Shown here in pieces: positions 22,810 through 36,260 of a stretch of DNA of 64,000 bases. Source of the stretch: Carcharhinus longimanus (lineage: Eukaryota). Below the pieces are notes generated by a model. That model worked only from the letters and a program-made list of their open reading frames with translations, was not told the DNA's origin and made no database searches. The stretch lies in the NCBI GenBank assembly GCA_030264375.1, contig JASCQW010000128.1:11602873-11666872 (forward strand), given 5' to 3'. The translations under genes were made by a program, and so were the position numbers. The stretch's first letter is position 1. Every line of letters starts with the position of its first letter.

Positions 22810-23605
22810 CCGAGTGAGTGAACGTGAGCATGCGAGCGAACGTGAGCGTGCGCATGTGTGAATCTGGATGCATGCATGTAGATGCATGTGTGTGCATATG
22901 AACGTGAGTGTGCATATGAATGAATATGCCTGCATGTGAAGGTGTGTGAGAGTATGCATATGAATGTGTGCGTGCATGTGAATGAGTACGTGCGCATGAA
23001 CGTGCATGTGAATGTGTTTGTGGCTGTGACCCTGTGCGAGCGAATGTGTGAATTTGAATGTGAATTTGAATGAGAGAGAGAGAGAGAGAATGAGTGAGTT
23101 TGTGAGAGTGAAAATGAGTGCATGTGGAAGTGAGAATGAGTGAGAGTGAGAATGTGAGTGTTAAAGTATACGTGAGCAGTGAGCAAATGAGTGAGTTGGT
23201 GTGAATGAGTGTGTGAGTGAGTGAGGGCGACAGTGTCTATGAGAGAGAAACAGTGAATATGTGAGTAAGAGTGTGAGAATGAATGTGTGAGAGTCACAGA
23301 TGAGGGTGTGTGCAAGTGAGAATGAATGCACTTGAGTGGACGTGTGCATGTGAATGAATTTGTGAATGAGTGAGTGTGTGCGCGAGTGTGAGAGTAAAGG
23401 AGTGACAGAGAGTGTATGCATGAGAGAGAGACAGTGATATGTGAGACAGTATGAGTAAGAGTGAGTGTAAATGAGAACGAGTGTGAAAGTCACAGAGTGA
23501 GAGATAATGAGTGAGAATGTGTGTGTGTGTGTCAATGTGTGCATGTGTGAGTGAGACTATATGTGAGAATGAGAGACATTTGCGCATGTGTCTGTGCACA
23601 TCTGT

Positions 23606-23662
23606 GAGGGAGCGGAAGTGCGAGGGAGCGGAAGTGCGAGGGAGCGGAAGTGCGAGGGAGCG
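23606..23662 (+). repeat. 16-bp tandem repeat (gagggagcggaagtgc), about 3.5 copies
   Basis: Three exact units at 23606, 23622 and 23638 plus a partial fourth. Confidence 0.9.
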
Positions 23663-23861
23663 AGTGGGCGGGCGTGCGTGCGAGTGGGCGTGCGTGCGTA
23701 CGAGCGAGTGGGCGTGCGAGCGAGTGGGCGTGCGTGAGCGCGCAAGTGAGTGGGTGTGCACGAATGAGTGGGTGTGAGGGTCAGAGAGAGAGTGTCTGAG
23801 GGACAGAGAGAGAGTGAGAGTGTGTGTTAGAGTGTGCGAGTGTGTGTGTATGTGAGAGAGA

Positions 23862-23906
<45 letters not shown>

Positions 23907-23922
23907 AGCACATGCACGTATG

Positions 23923-24130
23923 TAAGAACATAAGAAATAGGAGCAGGAGTAGGCCATCTAGCCCTTCGAGCCTGACCCGCCATTCAATAAGATCATGGCT
24001 GATCTGACGTGGATCAGTTCCACTTTCCCGCTTTCTCCCCATAACCCTCAATTCCCTTGTCTATCAGAAACCTACCTACCCGTGATTTAAATATATTCAG
24101 CGAGGTAGCCTCCACCACTTCAACGGGCAG
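23923..24130 (-). mobile_element. Young CR1 LINE 3' end inserted in the microsatellite block
   Basis: Tail almost identical to that at 15050; peptide LPVEVVEATSLNIFKSRVGRFL. Confidence 0.85.
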
Positions 24131-25496
24131 AGTGTGCGAGAGAGAGTGTGCATGCGAGCATGCGTGCGTGAGAGAGTGTGCGTGAGAGAGATTGAGCGTG
24201 AGTGTATGTGCCTGTGACTGGAAAGTGAGTGAGTGTTTGTGAATGGGAGAGCCCTCTGCATCCAGGAAACAGGTCTGTTCTTTCAGAAATGAGCCGATCC
24301 TGACAGTGGCCTCCACCTAGGGAGATGCGACTCGGTGTTGTGATGCAATTACCGACTGGAAGCATTCAAGGGGCAGCTGTATTGCAGTAGGATGCAGCAT
24401 ACAGGAATACACCACCTGCTCACTGGGAAAGAGAAGTACATTCTGCAGATAAATATCACAGTAGCACTGAGGTGGGGTCGTGTCAATCCACTCCAAGCCT
24501 GCATTCCCTCAGAAAGAGTGATCTATTTTGCTTTTCAATTAATGACCTTTCTTCCTTTATGTTATCACAAGCAGGAGTGAATCCAGCAATGGCCTCCATT
24601 ATAGAATCTCAGCACCAGGACCACAGCCTCTTCAGACTTCCCAACTTGATAAATATTTCATGAGAATCAATATTTTGATAACTTAAAGCCAAATTCTTGA
24701 GGAATTTAGAGGTTTCTATTAACCCCAGAAATTTTGTTAATCATTTATCCTACTTGAAGCACAATCACAATACCCAAAACAAAAAAGGTTACATATATAA
24801 CAAAATGATAACTGGTCAGATTACCTGATTCAATAGATAATGTGGCAAGAAAAAGGCAGTTGAGGTTGCAGGCAAGAATTTCTTCCTTACTCAATACGAT
24901 GGACAGCAATGGATTTAATCAGCAGCAGTGCTCCTGAGATGAAATTCGATTTCCATGAGGGAACTGTAGAATTTCAGAAAAAAGCTACTCGACCCATCAT
25001 TGTATCTGCACAACTCTCAGAACGAACTAGCAACATCNNNNNNNNNNCCATACTCTTTTTTAAAGTTCAGATATGAAAGTACGATGAAATCTATTTCTGC
25101 TGCTGTTTCTGGTGGGAACATTCAACACCCTAACAACTTTAAATTCTTATCAATAGTCATCATATAATCAGATTTCATTTGGTTGGGAAAACTACCGTTT
25201 CAGATTCCATAGCACCTGCTGTAAAGAATGAGCTCAATTTTCAGATACAAAGGAAGATTTCAGAAATGAAGATTGCGATGTGCTGATTAATGGAAATTAG
25301 TTACAAAAGAAGAAAAGTAAGATTATTTAAACAAAGTCAGAAAATCTTATTTCTTTTCATACATAAGAGAACGTGTACTAAGATGAGATCTAAATGACTT
25401 AATGAAGGCACACAGGAAACAATGGAAAGATTGCATATATGTGGTATCAGATACAGCTGAAGTTAACTAAAGCTACAATTGAATGTCAAAAATGCT

Positions 25497-25516
25497 TGTG
25501 TGTGTGTGTGTGTGTG
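25497..25516. repeat. (TG)n microsatellite
   Basis: About ten TG units read directly. Confidence 0.9.
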
Positions 25517-26021
25517 TATATAAAGCTTTACAAACTTTGTGAGAGGCCAGAAAAGCCACACAAGTGTATTGAAAGATTGAGCAAAGTCGTTAGGTCCGAG
25601 GAGTAGAATATGACTGAAATTTAATATATTGTATTCGTCTTCAATATTGAAGACTGTTGTGTATTCATGTCAATTCTGTGTTTCCTAACTGGCAGCTTTG
25701 AGGTGGAATAGGAGCACATTAAGAAATTGATCACATGCTATCAGTGATGATATCATCAGCCATTTGTGTTGGTATAGGGACAACCTATTTTAATAGTATT
25801 CACATTCTTTTAATAAAGCTCTTAGTTTTTTTAAACCTTCAAGGCCTACAGTCTATCTTTTAAAACCACCACAAAGGTTAGGCAGTGGTAGATACAAGTG
25901 CTTTAGCTATTGACTCCTCAAATGTAAATACAGAAATGGCCTTCGCTTAGTTTGAGGCACTGAAGATTGATCAGGTTGCATGATATGATAACATTTCACC
26001 TAGATGTGACAACATTTCACC

Positions 26022-26298
26022 TTCCACTTTCTTGCTTCAGGAAAAAGGTACAAAAATCTGATATCACGTACCAACTGACTCAAGAACAGCTTCTTCCCTG
26101 CTGCTGTCAGATTTTTGAATGGACTTAGCTTGCATTAAGTTGATCTTTCTCTACACCCTAGCTATGACAATAACACTACATTCTGTACTCTCTCGTTTCC
26201 TCCTCTATGAATGGTATGTTTTGTCTGTATAGTGTGCAAGAAACAATACTTTTCACTGTATGTTAATACATGTGGCTACAATAAATCAAATCAAATCA
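26022..26298 (+). mobile_element. Rex1/Babar LINE 3' end with (AAATC)n tail
   Basis: aagaacagcttcttccctg..., aagaaacaatacttttca..., aataaatcaaatcaaatc; matches the ends of the 9195 and 51656 copies. Confidence 0.8.
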
Positions 26299-27929
26299 GA
26301 GTGCTGTAGAAAGTCAGAGAAGTACTATCTGAGCCACAAAGTTAGCTGACCAACAATTCTTTGAGATCTGGACTAGTTTTCATTGACTGGAGAAAGAACT
26401 TGATGCATTAATATTACATACATGTGCCAAAACCCATTCTTTGCTATCTAGATAGGAACACAAATAGACCATTCAGCCTCTTGGACCTATTTTGCCATTC
26501 AAGTTAAATTAGAGCTGACCTGTATCATGTATTGTATTGGCTCTTATTGGTCCAGTTTTGTTCCTTAACCTGTCAGTAAAGTTTTATGTTATTCACGTTT
26601 TAATAGGTTTGAATTAAATACCTAAACTATTGCATAATGAAGTTTAAGTTATGCTAAAGGTTAATGATTCAAAGTACCACATGATTCGAAATAAATGCCG
26701 ATCAGTACTAATATTTATCACTTAAAAGCATATTTTTAATGATGTTTGGGGACTCAAATGGCTAATACATAAGAAAGCAATGTAATAGTAAATTTAGAAA
26801 TAATATGCTAAAACATTTTCTTACAGCTCCTGCATCTCAAAATTTCCTTCTATATCACTGCTGTTTACCAAGTGGCAAGGAACTTGCACATGAATTAGAA
26901 AACCAAGGAACCATAGGTTTGACGGCAGGAGATTGCTTTTCTCAAGAGTGTTCATCAATCTTTGCTACAAGTTGTGGATTCTTACACTAGTATATACATT
27001 TTTGTTCCTGAATTGGGCAGCTGGAGTCAGCTCGCTGTTCCCTTAGCGGAAAAAACTCCCGACCTTTGTCCTGCAAGAGGATGGGTGTAACACAGAGTTG
27101 GGCACACAGCCGCGGGAAGCACTAGAGATGCAGAGGCAGGCCCCACGTGGGAAAAACATCTTGGGCAAGAAGTTATACAAAGTCAATGTGTAAGCAGTTC
27201 TTCCTGTGGGGCAGGACATTCACAACATTGCTATTAGCTGTGGAAGGTGACATCCATCAAACGTCTGCTGAATACTTATTTTCATAGTTGTCCAACAAGT
27301 TGCTGACATTGGAAGAAACAGTCCTTTATGGGTCTTCCCTAAGAAAATATTGAGATTATAATCATCTTGTAATAAAAGAGCACACTCAAATAGGATAAGA
27401 CAGACAAAACTTCACAAGACTCAGTCATGAATGCATCTTGGCAGCAACAGCTGCTTTTGAGGCCCTGCATTGATTCAGATTAACATATTGCCTCAGGGTT
27501 GATGGTTATACACTGCATGCAAAAGCTTTGCAAATACCCATCATCAAGTTAGCAATATGCAGCATTGCTTTGCCCATGACTTGCGCAGCAGGAGAGTGTC
27601 ATGGCAGACTACCGTGATTCAGAGGAAGCAGGCCAGTAGGAGCCCTCTGGAGCACAACATGCCATGTTGACATGACAAGAACAGATGCCAATACTTTTGG
27701 CAAATAAAACCAACTAAATCAATTAAACTAAAGGACAAAGCAAGAAGGGCAGTCCCCCCAAAAAAGGGAACTTCTTGAAACAAAGAACTAAGTGGAAGGG
27801 AAGGCAGTCTGATGCACATATTACACAATGCCAGAATTGGCCGCTCTGCTTGTCAAGTTGTTTTTGTGGGATCTCCCATCTCAATAATGTTCTTGGTCTG
27901 CAAATAGCTGCTATTATATTACCATGTGC

Positions 27930-28560
27930 AACAGCCTCAAGAGGATCAACAGCCACCTTCTAAAGCGGTACCTCTTGTCACACAGAAGTGCCTGTGGTGA
28001 GGACAAGAATAAATGGGGCAGCCATAAATTCCTCAGCATGAATGCATCATGTCAGCTTCATGAAAAACATGCACATCTGTGCAGGAACACTGAGCTGTGG
28101 TCACACACCACTTGCATGTCCAGTGAGTTGGAGGACTTTCTGTTAACAAAACAATCTGGCTGATGAAGTGATGACCTTATTAGCCATGTGTGTATCAAAT
28201 TGTCCATTCTCTGAACTTACATGAAGGCCCAGGCCCACTTTGTTTGCAACAGTACATCCAATGGAAAGTTAACATGATCCTCCACCTGAGCAAAGAGTGC
28301 ATCTGTGACAGCTGTCATGCATCAATGGGTAACTGATTAGGAAATGCCCCAGGTGCTTGGAAGGAACTGGAGGATAAAAAAAATGAGGGACAGTGCAACT
28401 GGCAGAGCATGGAGATTGGATGACGATGGCACCAGGTATTTTTGCATCATGGTGCATATCTCTGCAACCATTTCACTAGCAACTGCAGCCTTTATCTTAT
28501 CTAGGTCTCAAAGGATAGCTATACACTTACTTTGGGGTAATACCTGATGGTCCTCCTCCT
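27930..28560 (-). mobile_element. PIF/Harbinger DDE transposase remnant (HARBI1-like), with stops and frameshifts
   Basis: Manual minus-strand reading gives EMVAEICTMM, HALPVA, TAVTDALF, FVNRKSSNSLDMQVVCDH, HDAFMLRN and LLCDKRY..RRWLL, matching Harbinger motifs (NRKGFHSLNVQ, HDAFIL, LLGDxGY). Confidence 0.7.
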
Positions 28561-29844
28561 CCTCTTCTTCCTGGCTCTGCCAGCTTCTGCCTGTATTCGC
28601 TCATTCCGACTGCACATTGTTTTTGCTGCCCTGCTCTGAGAGGCAGTGGGATGGTGCCACGTTAATGTTTTCTTCTCTGCTCAATCTTCTCTCAGTGGAC
28701 CTACGCACTCTAACCTGCTTCTAAGCTGGCTGCCCGAGTCAGGGAGTTATCCTTATGGGTCAAACAGATGTGCCATTCCAAGCCCACAAGCCAGTCTCTA
28801 TTTTCATCTGGAGGTCAACCACAAACCTCAATTTGTGCTGGTAGCTCTTCACAACAAAAGGACATCTTTCTACTTCTAGTGATGAAATATCTTTGAGCTC
28901 AGCCACTTGTTGAAATGTCCTGCCTGATTAGGGAACTATGCGTGTCAGAAGTCCTCTTTAACATACCAGAGAAATTGACATCAGTCGAAAATGGGAGTGG
29001 GATGATCCAGGATCCACCTGCATTTTGCAGTTTTCACGGCTCCGCAGTAATTCAGGATTCAAAAGAAACTGAACAAGGGTCTGATAGAGGCTGATATCAT
29101 TGTGTAAAAAGGTAGGTGGAATTTTGAGTGAAATGACTCACAGCTGATCTGATCTCTTGGAATTCATTTTGAATGCCCTTAGGGATCAGATAAAAATTTC
29201 CATGAATAATTCTTTCCCTGAACTGGCTCAAAGCTTTTTAAACACTTCTCCCTCATGGAGGAGATTACATGATTGTTGCTTGCTGTGAACCACAGGAGCC
29301 AGAGAGCTCAATTATAACATGACTGTAAGGAACAGGCTCAACATACTAACTGGCATCCTCTGTCCATCATTTTCCTATGTTTCTAAAACCTGACCACTGG
29401 TTTTCGTAAATAGGGCTGGACATGAAAAAATAGGAAGTGAAAGAAAGAAACAAAAATAATCTAAAATATTTAGAAAATAGAAATGAATGACTGTGTTTTT
29501 CCATCTCAAACTGAAAACAATCAAAAAAAATTGATACACACATCCTCCTCATTCTTGCTTATTTTTTACCCCCTATAGGACTTTACAAGCCAGGAATCAC
29601 TCCTCAAGCAAGCAGATAGGGAATTTTACAAGTACCAGGTTCTCAACTGTACATACGTTATTTCCCCTTCCCTCTGAGTGACCAGCCCTGTTCTAATTTT
29701 TGACCGGTTCTTGATTTTGCTCATTCCATCACTTGGTACTGATCGACTATTCAGGTGTTTGCATGTGATGATTTCCATGGAACGCTGTTTTATGAAATAG
29801 CTGAGGAAAGTAGCCATCCAATCTGTTGCCAAAAGCCATGCAGA

Positions 29845-30515
29845 TATGTGCCAACCCACAACAGTATTGAAGACTTGTGCTCCAGAACAAGCTACCCCCT
29901 TAGCCAGGCTGTTTTACTACAGCTACAACACAGCCATTCACACAGTAATGGGCAAAATTGCTTATTTATGTCCTATACACATCAAGCAAGACAAATCCAA
30001 CACAGCCAATGCTGCTCCATCAGTCTACTCTCAATCATTAGCAAAGTGATGGAAGGTATTGTGGTATCAAGTGACACTTGCACAGCAATAACATGCTCAC
30101 TGATGCTTTTCACGTTTGTAGCACAAAAGATGTCAATCATCCCAACCCCAGGACATTGTTGCAGGGTCATGTCCTCAGTTCAACTGTCCTCAGCTGCCTC
30201 ACCAATGACCTTCCTTCCATAAGGTCAAAAGTGGGGATATTCACAGATGATTGCACAACATTCAGCACCATTTGTAACTCTTCAGCCTGTGTCCAGCAAG
30301 ACCTGGATAATATCCAGGCTTGGACTAACAAATGGCACACAATATTCACACCACAGAAGTGGCAGGCATTGACCATATCCATATAAGGGACAATCTAAAC
30401 CCTCTCATTCAATGTCAATCATTCCAAAGATGTGTGGGTCTCAAGGACAATTAGGGATGGGCAATAAAGACTAGTCTAGTCACCAAACCCTGCATCCCTT
30501 AACCCAAAATAAAAG
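29845..30515 (+). mobile_element. CR1/L2-group LINE RT remnant with internal deletions and 3' tail
   Basis: VLKTCAPE, ISLLSIISKVMEG, IFTDDCT, QQDLDNIQAW; tail caattagggatgggcaataaa. Confidence 0.75.
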
Positions 30516-31871
30516 GCTTCCACTCCCTCTCTCTTTTCAATTTCCATCTTCTCCTTCCCATTCAGAATCAGTCTCACACTCAGAACCTTCAGCTTAACAA
30601 GATTTTGCCAATCCCCTCCAATTGGATCTGATCTATCATGAAGTTTTGAGGTCCAGTTAATGTTTATTGGATTCTCTGATATGATTGATTTTGGAATGCT
30701 TGGATGCTGATTTGGGGATATTATTGGTTGAAGGGATATTGTACTACAGCTCTGTCATCTGACTTATCAGAATTTTACAACCAGCCCTTAGTGTGATTTG
30801 TCAGGTGGACAAAATTCAGGCAAGTTTAAACAAGGATGGTTTCTGTCTAATGAACCTACTAGCATCTGATCCCAATTGGTACCATTAGCAGAATAATCTA
30901 ATTGTGATGGAAACCTGCCTCTGGAGGTCTTGTGAACAACTTTTTCAAATAAGTTAATGAAAATTGTTCTGCAATGATTATTTTCTCCTATGAAAAGGGG
31001 GAGTATGTAAAGAGAAAAATGCTTCTCTGAACTTTGTTTTCACTTTAACCAACCCATCGCTTAAGGTGCTCAGTTAATCTAAAACTATTATTTACAAAAT
31101 TATTCAGGCACTGGACGAATGTATAATGTAAGTTGTTGGCAAAGGAAGTACTTATGTATTTTTGGTCATGTTGGCTCCAAAATTAATTGGCAAACTGCTC
31201 ACGTTTTCAGCAATATTGGTGCCATTTCAGATTCACAATGGCATCCACGTTGCACGTGCACAATTCTGGTACAGCTGTCCTTCTGCACAGGTTGTTAGGA
31301 TGGATGCAAGGACCATGTGCTGCAAATGTGCAGAGTAGGTAGAGTGTTACCTTAGCCACTAGCTATACAGGGAGCAGTGGAGGAAGAGAAGGAAGAGGAG
31401 GAGAAAACCAATTTTTCCTTTTTCAAACCAGGCTCTCTGTGGTTTGCTGTTAACAACTGTTTTACCAGTGAATGCAACACCAATTCCCCATTCACCAAAG
31501 GTTCCACTCTTTCCCTTCTCTCTCATAATAGCATCCTCTTAGCTACAATGATGAAGGAAAAAGCACTATTAAAAGAACAAACATTCCACACCAACTTCCT
31601 CAATCAAACTATCCAGTATCATATCTAAAATCTAACTATCTTTGTGCATTCCTTTCATGCCTAACTTGTGGGTGCCTTTGCATGTCTTAATGTTCCTATG
31701 CAGTGTTACTCTCATGACTTCAGCACAGCTCACTAGGAGACTGCAGACAACCTCCCTGGACTGCACCACCTTGGCAAAGGACGCAACAGTCTGAGCTAGC
31801 TGGCAGACAGGTAACACCAAGGGCACTGGTTGAGTGGTAGTGGTGGGAAGATGAATGCTGTCCTGTTAGGA

Positions 31872-32788
31872 TAACAAGAAATAGGAGTAGGAATAGACCA
31901 TCAAGCCTGCATCACCATTCAACAAAATGATCTGACTGCAGCCTTTGCTCCACTTTCCTGCTTGCCAACTATCCTTCGCTCACTTGTAGATCAAAAATCT
32001 CTCCAGCTCATCACTGAATGTAATCAATGACCCAGACTACACTGCTCTCGCCAGAAGAAAATTCCAGTGATTACTGACCCTCTGAGAGCAGAAATCCCAC
32101 CTGATCCCTAAATGGGAGGCCCTTATTTTAAAGTGTGCCTGAGCTCTTGGTTCCCCCACAGGAGAGTACATTCCCCTTGGGATTTACTCTGTCAAGTCCC
32201 CTCAGAATTTTTTACGTTTTGCTAAAATTACCTCATATTTGTCCAAACTCGTATAGGCCTAACCTGCTCTCATTAGACAACTGCTTCACCCCGAGAGTCA
32301 GCCTTAAGATTATTTTCAGAACTGCTTCCAATGCAAGAATATCCATCCTTCAGTAAGGAGATGAAAACTCTATACTTTAAGCTAGGTGTTGTCTTATTAA
32401 TGTGTCGAACAACTAAAGCAAGACTTTCCAACTGTTATTCTCTATCTCCCTTGGAATAAAGACAAACATTCCATTTGCCTTTCTAGTTACATGCCGCACC
32501 TGCATATTAACATTTCTGTAATTTATGAACAAGGACACCCAGATCCCTCTACACCGCAGCATTCTGCAGTCTCTTTCCAGTAAAATAATAATACGCTTTT
32601 CTATTCTTCAGGTCAAAGTGGACATTTTCCTAAATTATACTCCATCCGGCAAATTTCTGCCAACTCACGATCTACTTATATCCCTTTGCAGATGGTTTGT
32701 GTGCTCTTCACAGCTTGCTTTACTACCTGTCGATAACATCAGCAAATTGACACAATACTGTCAGTCCCTTCATCCAAATCATTAATAT
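31872..32788 (-). mobile_element. Older CR1 LINE 3' kilobase
   Basis: Tail aagaaataggagtaggaatagacca...; body aacaaggacacccagatccctctacacc and ccttcatccaaatcattaatat, typical of antisense CR1 ORF2. Confidence 0.75.
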
Positions 32789-34053
32789 TGTGGGGAGTCC
32801 AGGAAATGAAAAGCAATCTAGAACTTTATTCTTATGGATTTTTTTCCCGCTGAAACAAAAATATGACTGCTACAAGTCACAAGCCCACAAGGTAGTCATT
32901 TTGCCTACAAGTTACCAACAGCAGTTAGAAGAACAAAATCAGTTAGTGGTATCACACAGACCACTTGTAAACACAAAATCGGCGAGTCTCACATTGGAAC
33001 TTCTTATGCCTACACAGCTAATAAACTCATATCACACCTCCAAATTTCCAGGTCAGGAATGTTACTTGTGTCTGAGTGGTTCGTCTCAATAGCGGAGTCC
33101 AGTGTGCAGGCTGGCAGCGAGGCCAGGCCGGGGTGCAGGCCGGCAAGGAGTGAGGGAAAGAGTATAGAGACTGTAAGGAGTGAGGGGGAGTGTGTAGATC
33201 AGAGGGTGTAAGAGGGACAGTGCGGGTTCTGGAGGGAGCAAAGGGGAGACTGTGGAGGCTAGAGAGAACACTTTTTTTGACCTAGACTTGATAGACGGAA
33301 AGTATAGACCCTGAGGCTAAAATTATTTTTAAAAACTGACAGGGATCAGGTAGTGCTCTCAAGCATGCACTATATAAATGAACAATTTTTTTGAACTAAA
33401 TGAAAAATGGAATAAATCAAATATTATTTAAGGAAGTAATTTCCTTGCATTTTCAATGCAGGTTGCTGGCCGAACTTGCGAGCCTGGACAGATTTGAGTA
33501 TACCATCAAATTTGATATCAAATTCATTTCAAGTTAGAATATTGATGTCAAATTGTAACTGAGAGCTTTGAGTGCACATGAAAGCAAACATGAAGCATCT
33601 CCAAAGGTTCCTCAGAGAACGACCTCCATAGCTACAGCACTGAACAGCAGCAGTGCTCTGATAAATTGAGCAGGACAGGCACCACATGTGAGGTAATATA
33701 CATCATTGAACACTCTTGTACCCTTGTTCTCTCCCTTTCTATCCCTCCAGACTCAGCAGGCAGCCAACACGCGGATAAATCAGACTGCAAGTGAACCAAA
33801 ACAGAAGATGCTGGAAAATACATAGCAATCTCATTGGACTAATTTGTGTGTTCAAGAACCACAGATGTGTAGCTTTCGTGGGAGACAGAACGGATTATGG
33901 ATTTCCATCTTTAAAAGTAGGGGTTGAAAGTCCAAGAACAAGCGGCACGGTGGNNNNNNNNNNNNNNNNNNNNNNNNNNNNNNNNNNNNNNNNNNNNNNN
34001 NNNNNNNNNNNNNNNNNNNNNNNNNNNNNNNNNNNNNNNNNNNNNNNNNNNNN

Positions 34054-34310
34054 GGCACGGTGGCACAGTAGTTAGTACTGCTGCCTCACAGCGCCACGGA
34101 TCCAGATTCAGTTCTGCCCTGGGATGACTGTGTGGAGTTTGCACATTCTCCCCATGTCTGCGTGGGTTTCCTTTGAGTGCTCCGGTTTCTCCCACAGTCC
34201 AAAGTTGTGCAGGTTAGGTGGACTGCCTGTTCTAAATTGTCCTTTGGTGTCCCCAGATTTGCAGGTTAGGAGTATTAGAACTCCTGCACTGTAAGTATTC
34301 TATGATGCTG
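34054..34310 (+). mobile_element. V-SINE (HE1-like)
   Basis: ggcacggtggcacagtagttagtactgctgcctcacagcgcc head; V-domain tgtgtggagtttgcacattctcccc; tail ctgcactgtaagtattctatg. The same start also appears before the gap at about 33942-33953. Confidence 0.85.
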
Positions 34311-34714
34311 TGATTAATGATGTCATACGTTCAGGTAGGGAATGGCTTGATTTACCTTCTAGTCTTATAAAATGTGAAAAGTGGGGGTCCAAATTTCCTT
34401 TGGACACTCTTCTGGCAATTACATCATGGTCATATATATTACTGTACTGTCAAAGTTTGTGGGATCAATGGGAGAGCAACTAAAATTCATGATAGCCAAA
34501 TGCAAGTGCCATTTCGTATGCTTCCACAGCAGCGATATGTGCCCAGACATCTGGGCCTCTGCTACCAGAGGTGGGGATAAAAGAGAGCTGAGTGAAGGCT
34601 ATCCAGGCATTCCCAGCCTTCCACTCATGACCCATGCAACCATGATCCCCACAGCAAGATTGGTTTCTTCTGGGATTGAGGTTTCAAATAAGTAAACCAA
34701 GTCCACAGACGAAC

Positions 34715-36260
34715 CATAGAAAAGTTACCGTTCAAAAAGAGGCCACTGAGCCCATTGTGTTTGCGTCATTCAAAAAAAGAGGAAGAAGAAACAAACTGCT
34801 TATTTTTGTCCACCTGTCCTGCCACCTTCAAGGACCTGTGGACATAAATTCCAAGGTCACTCACTTCCCCAACCCCTCTCAATATCTTTCTGTTTATTAA
34901 GTGTTCTCTTGATTTGTCTGTCCTCTCCANNNGTCATCCTCTCATATTTCTGAACTGAATTCCATTTGTCATTTCTCTGCCCATCTGGCCCTGGATACTT
35001 ACCCACCTTCAAGGATGCCAATCCCTCCAGTACTTCCTCTCTCACCAAGCTTATTGCATTTAATATTTCAAACACCTCTTTAATGAGAATGTCAGCATCA
35101 TCACTCTCTTTAATGAAGACAAAGGGGTCATTGAGCACCCTGCTCATATTTTTTGAATCAACCCAGAAATTACCATGTGCATCTCTGATAGGCCCTATAT
35201 TTTCCTTAGTTATTCGCTTGCTCTTAATGTACTGATAAAACAATTTAGGATTTTCTTTGATTTTACCTGCCAATATTTTTGTATCCTCTCTTTGCTTTCT
35301 TAATCTCCAATTTTACTTCAACCCTGTACATTCTACACTTCTCCAGGTTTTTGACTGTATGAAGTCTTCTGTTTCTGTCAGAAGCTTTCTTTTCCTATTT
35401 CATCATGGCCTGTAGCCTTCTGGATCACCCAGGGGCTATGATTTTAGCAGTACCATTGAGCACAGTGGTTAGCACTCTGCCTCACAGTGCCAGGGGCCCA
35501 TGTTCAATTCCTCGCTTGGGTCACTGTGTGTGGTGTTTGCACATCTTCTCATGTCTGCATGGGTTTCTTCCGAGTGCTCCGGTTTCCTCCCACAGTCCAA
35601 AAGATGTGCTGGGTAGGTGCACTGGCCATGTTAAATTCTCCCTCAGTGTACCTGAGCAGGCACCGGACTGTGGTGGCTAGGGGATTTTCACAGTAACTTC
35701 ATTGCAGTGTTAATGTAGGGACATGTCTACACTGTGCCTTTAGAATTTTACTTTTGCAATCCTCCCACTGATTTGACAGTTTTTTCTTGTAATAGCTGGT
35801 TGGGCTTGTTACATACTAGCTAAAACAAGTTCTCTCGAATGCAATTCAAGAATTTTGTGTCCTCCATGCCCTTCACACTGTTCGCATCCTAACTGATATG
35901 AGGGTAGTTGAAGTCTCCAACTTCACATCGAGGACCGAAGGGCCTGTACTGTGCTACACTGCACTATGTTCCATGTTCTACTGTTTTTGCACTCAATATA
36001 TCTACGTTTCCTCTTCTAACTCCCTTCCATTATATGGGAGTTGAAAGTGTTCCTAGCTTTTTTATTTCTGAACTCGACCCATATGGCTTAATTTAATGCT
36101 TCATTTAGTATATCATCTCTCCTCAGAGCTGTGATCCTTTAACCAATAATGTTCCACCCTGTCTTTTTTATCCCTTGCTATTTTGCCTGCAAACTCTATA
36201 TCCAGGGACACTGAGCTGCTATTTTTGCCCCTCCTTCCGCTAACTTTCCGTTATAGCATG
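34715..36260 (-). mobile_element. Old, internally deleted CR1 LINE with nested SINE and CR1 tail
   Basis: AGKIKENPKLFYQYIKSKR...LKVGKYPGPDG (ORF2 linker and RT start); VGDFNYPHIS endonuclease motif at about 35890-35920. Confidence 0.75.
35458..35717 (+). mobile_element. V-SINE variant with an alternative 3' tail
   Basis: Same head and V-domain as the other V-SINEs, but ends ...gtggtggctaggggattttcacagtaacttcattgcagtgttaatgta. Confidence 0.8.

Larger units (their letters stand above)
22081..24245. repeat. Compound TG/GA/CG microsatellite and low-complexity block with a SINE and a CR1 tail inserted
   Basis: Pure (TG)n at about 22301-22324, 22725-22767 and 23863-23903; (GA)n at about 22768-22805; degenerate gagt/gtgc units between. 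Confidence 0.95.

Noticed and set aside
21861-24365. His/Thr/Ser-rich ORFs up to 229 aa
   Set aside because: Translations of (CA)n/(CT)n low-complexity sequence that lacks stop codons.
33942-34070. Tandem duplication of a SINE head
   Set aside because: The same ggcacggtgg start sits on both sides of a 100-N gap; most likely an unmerged contig overlap.
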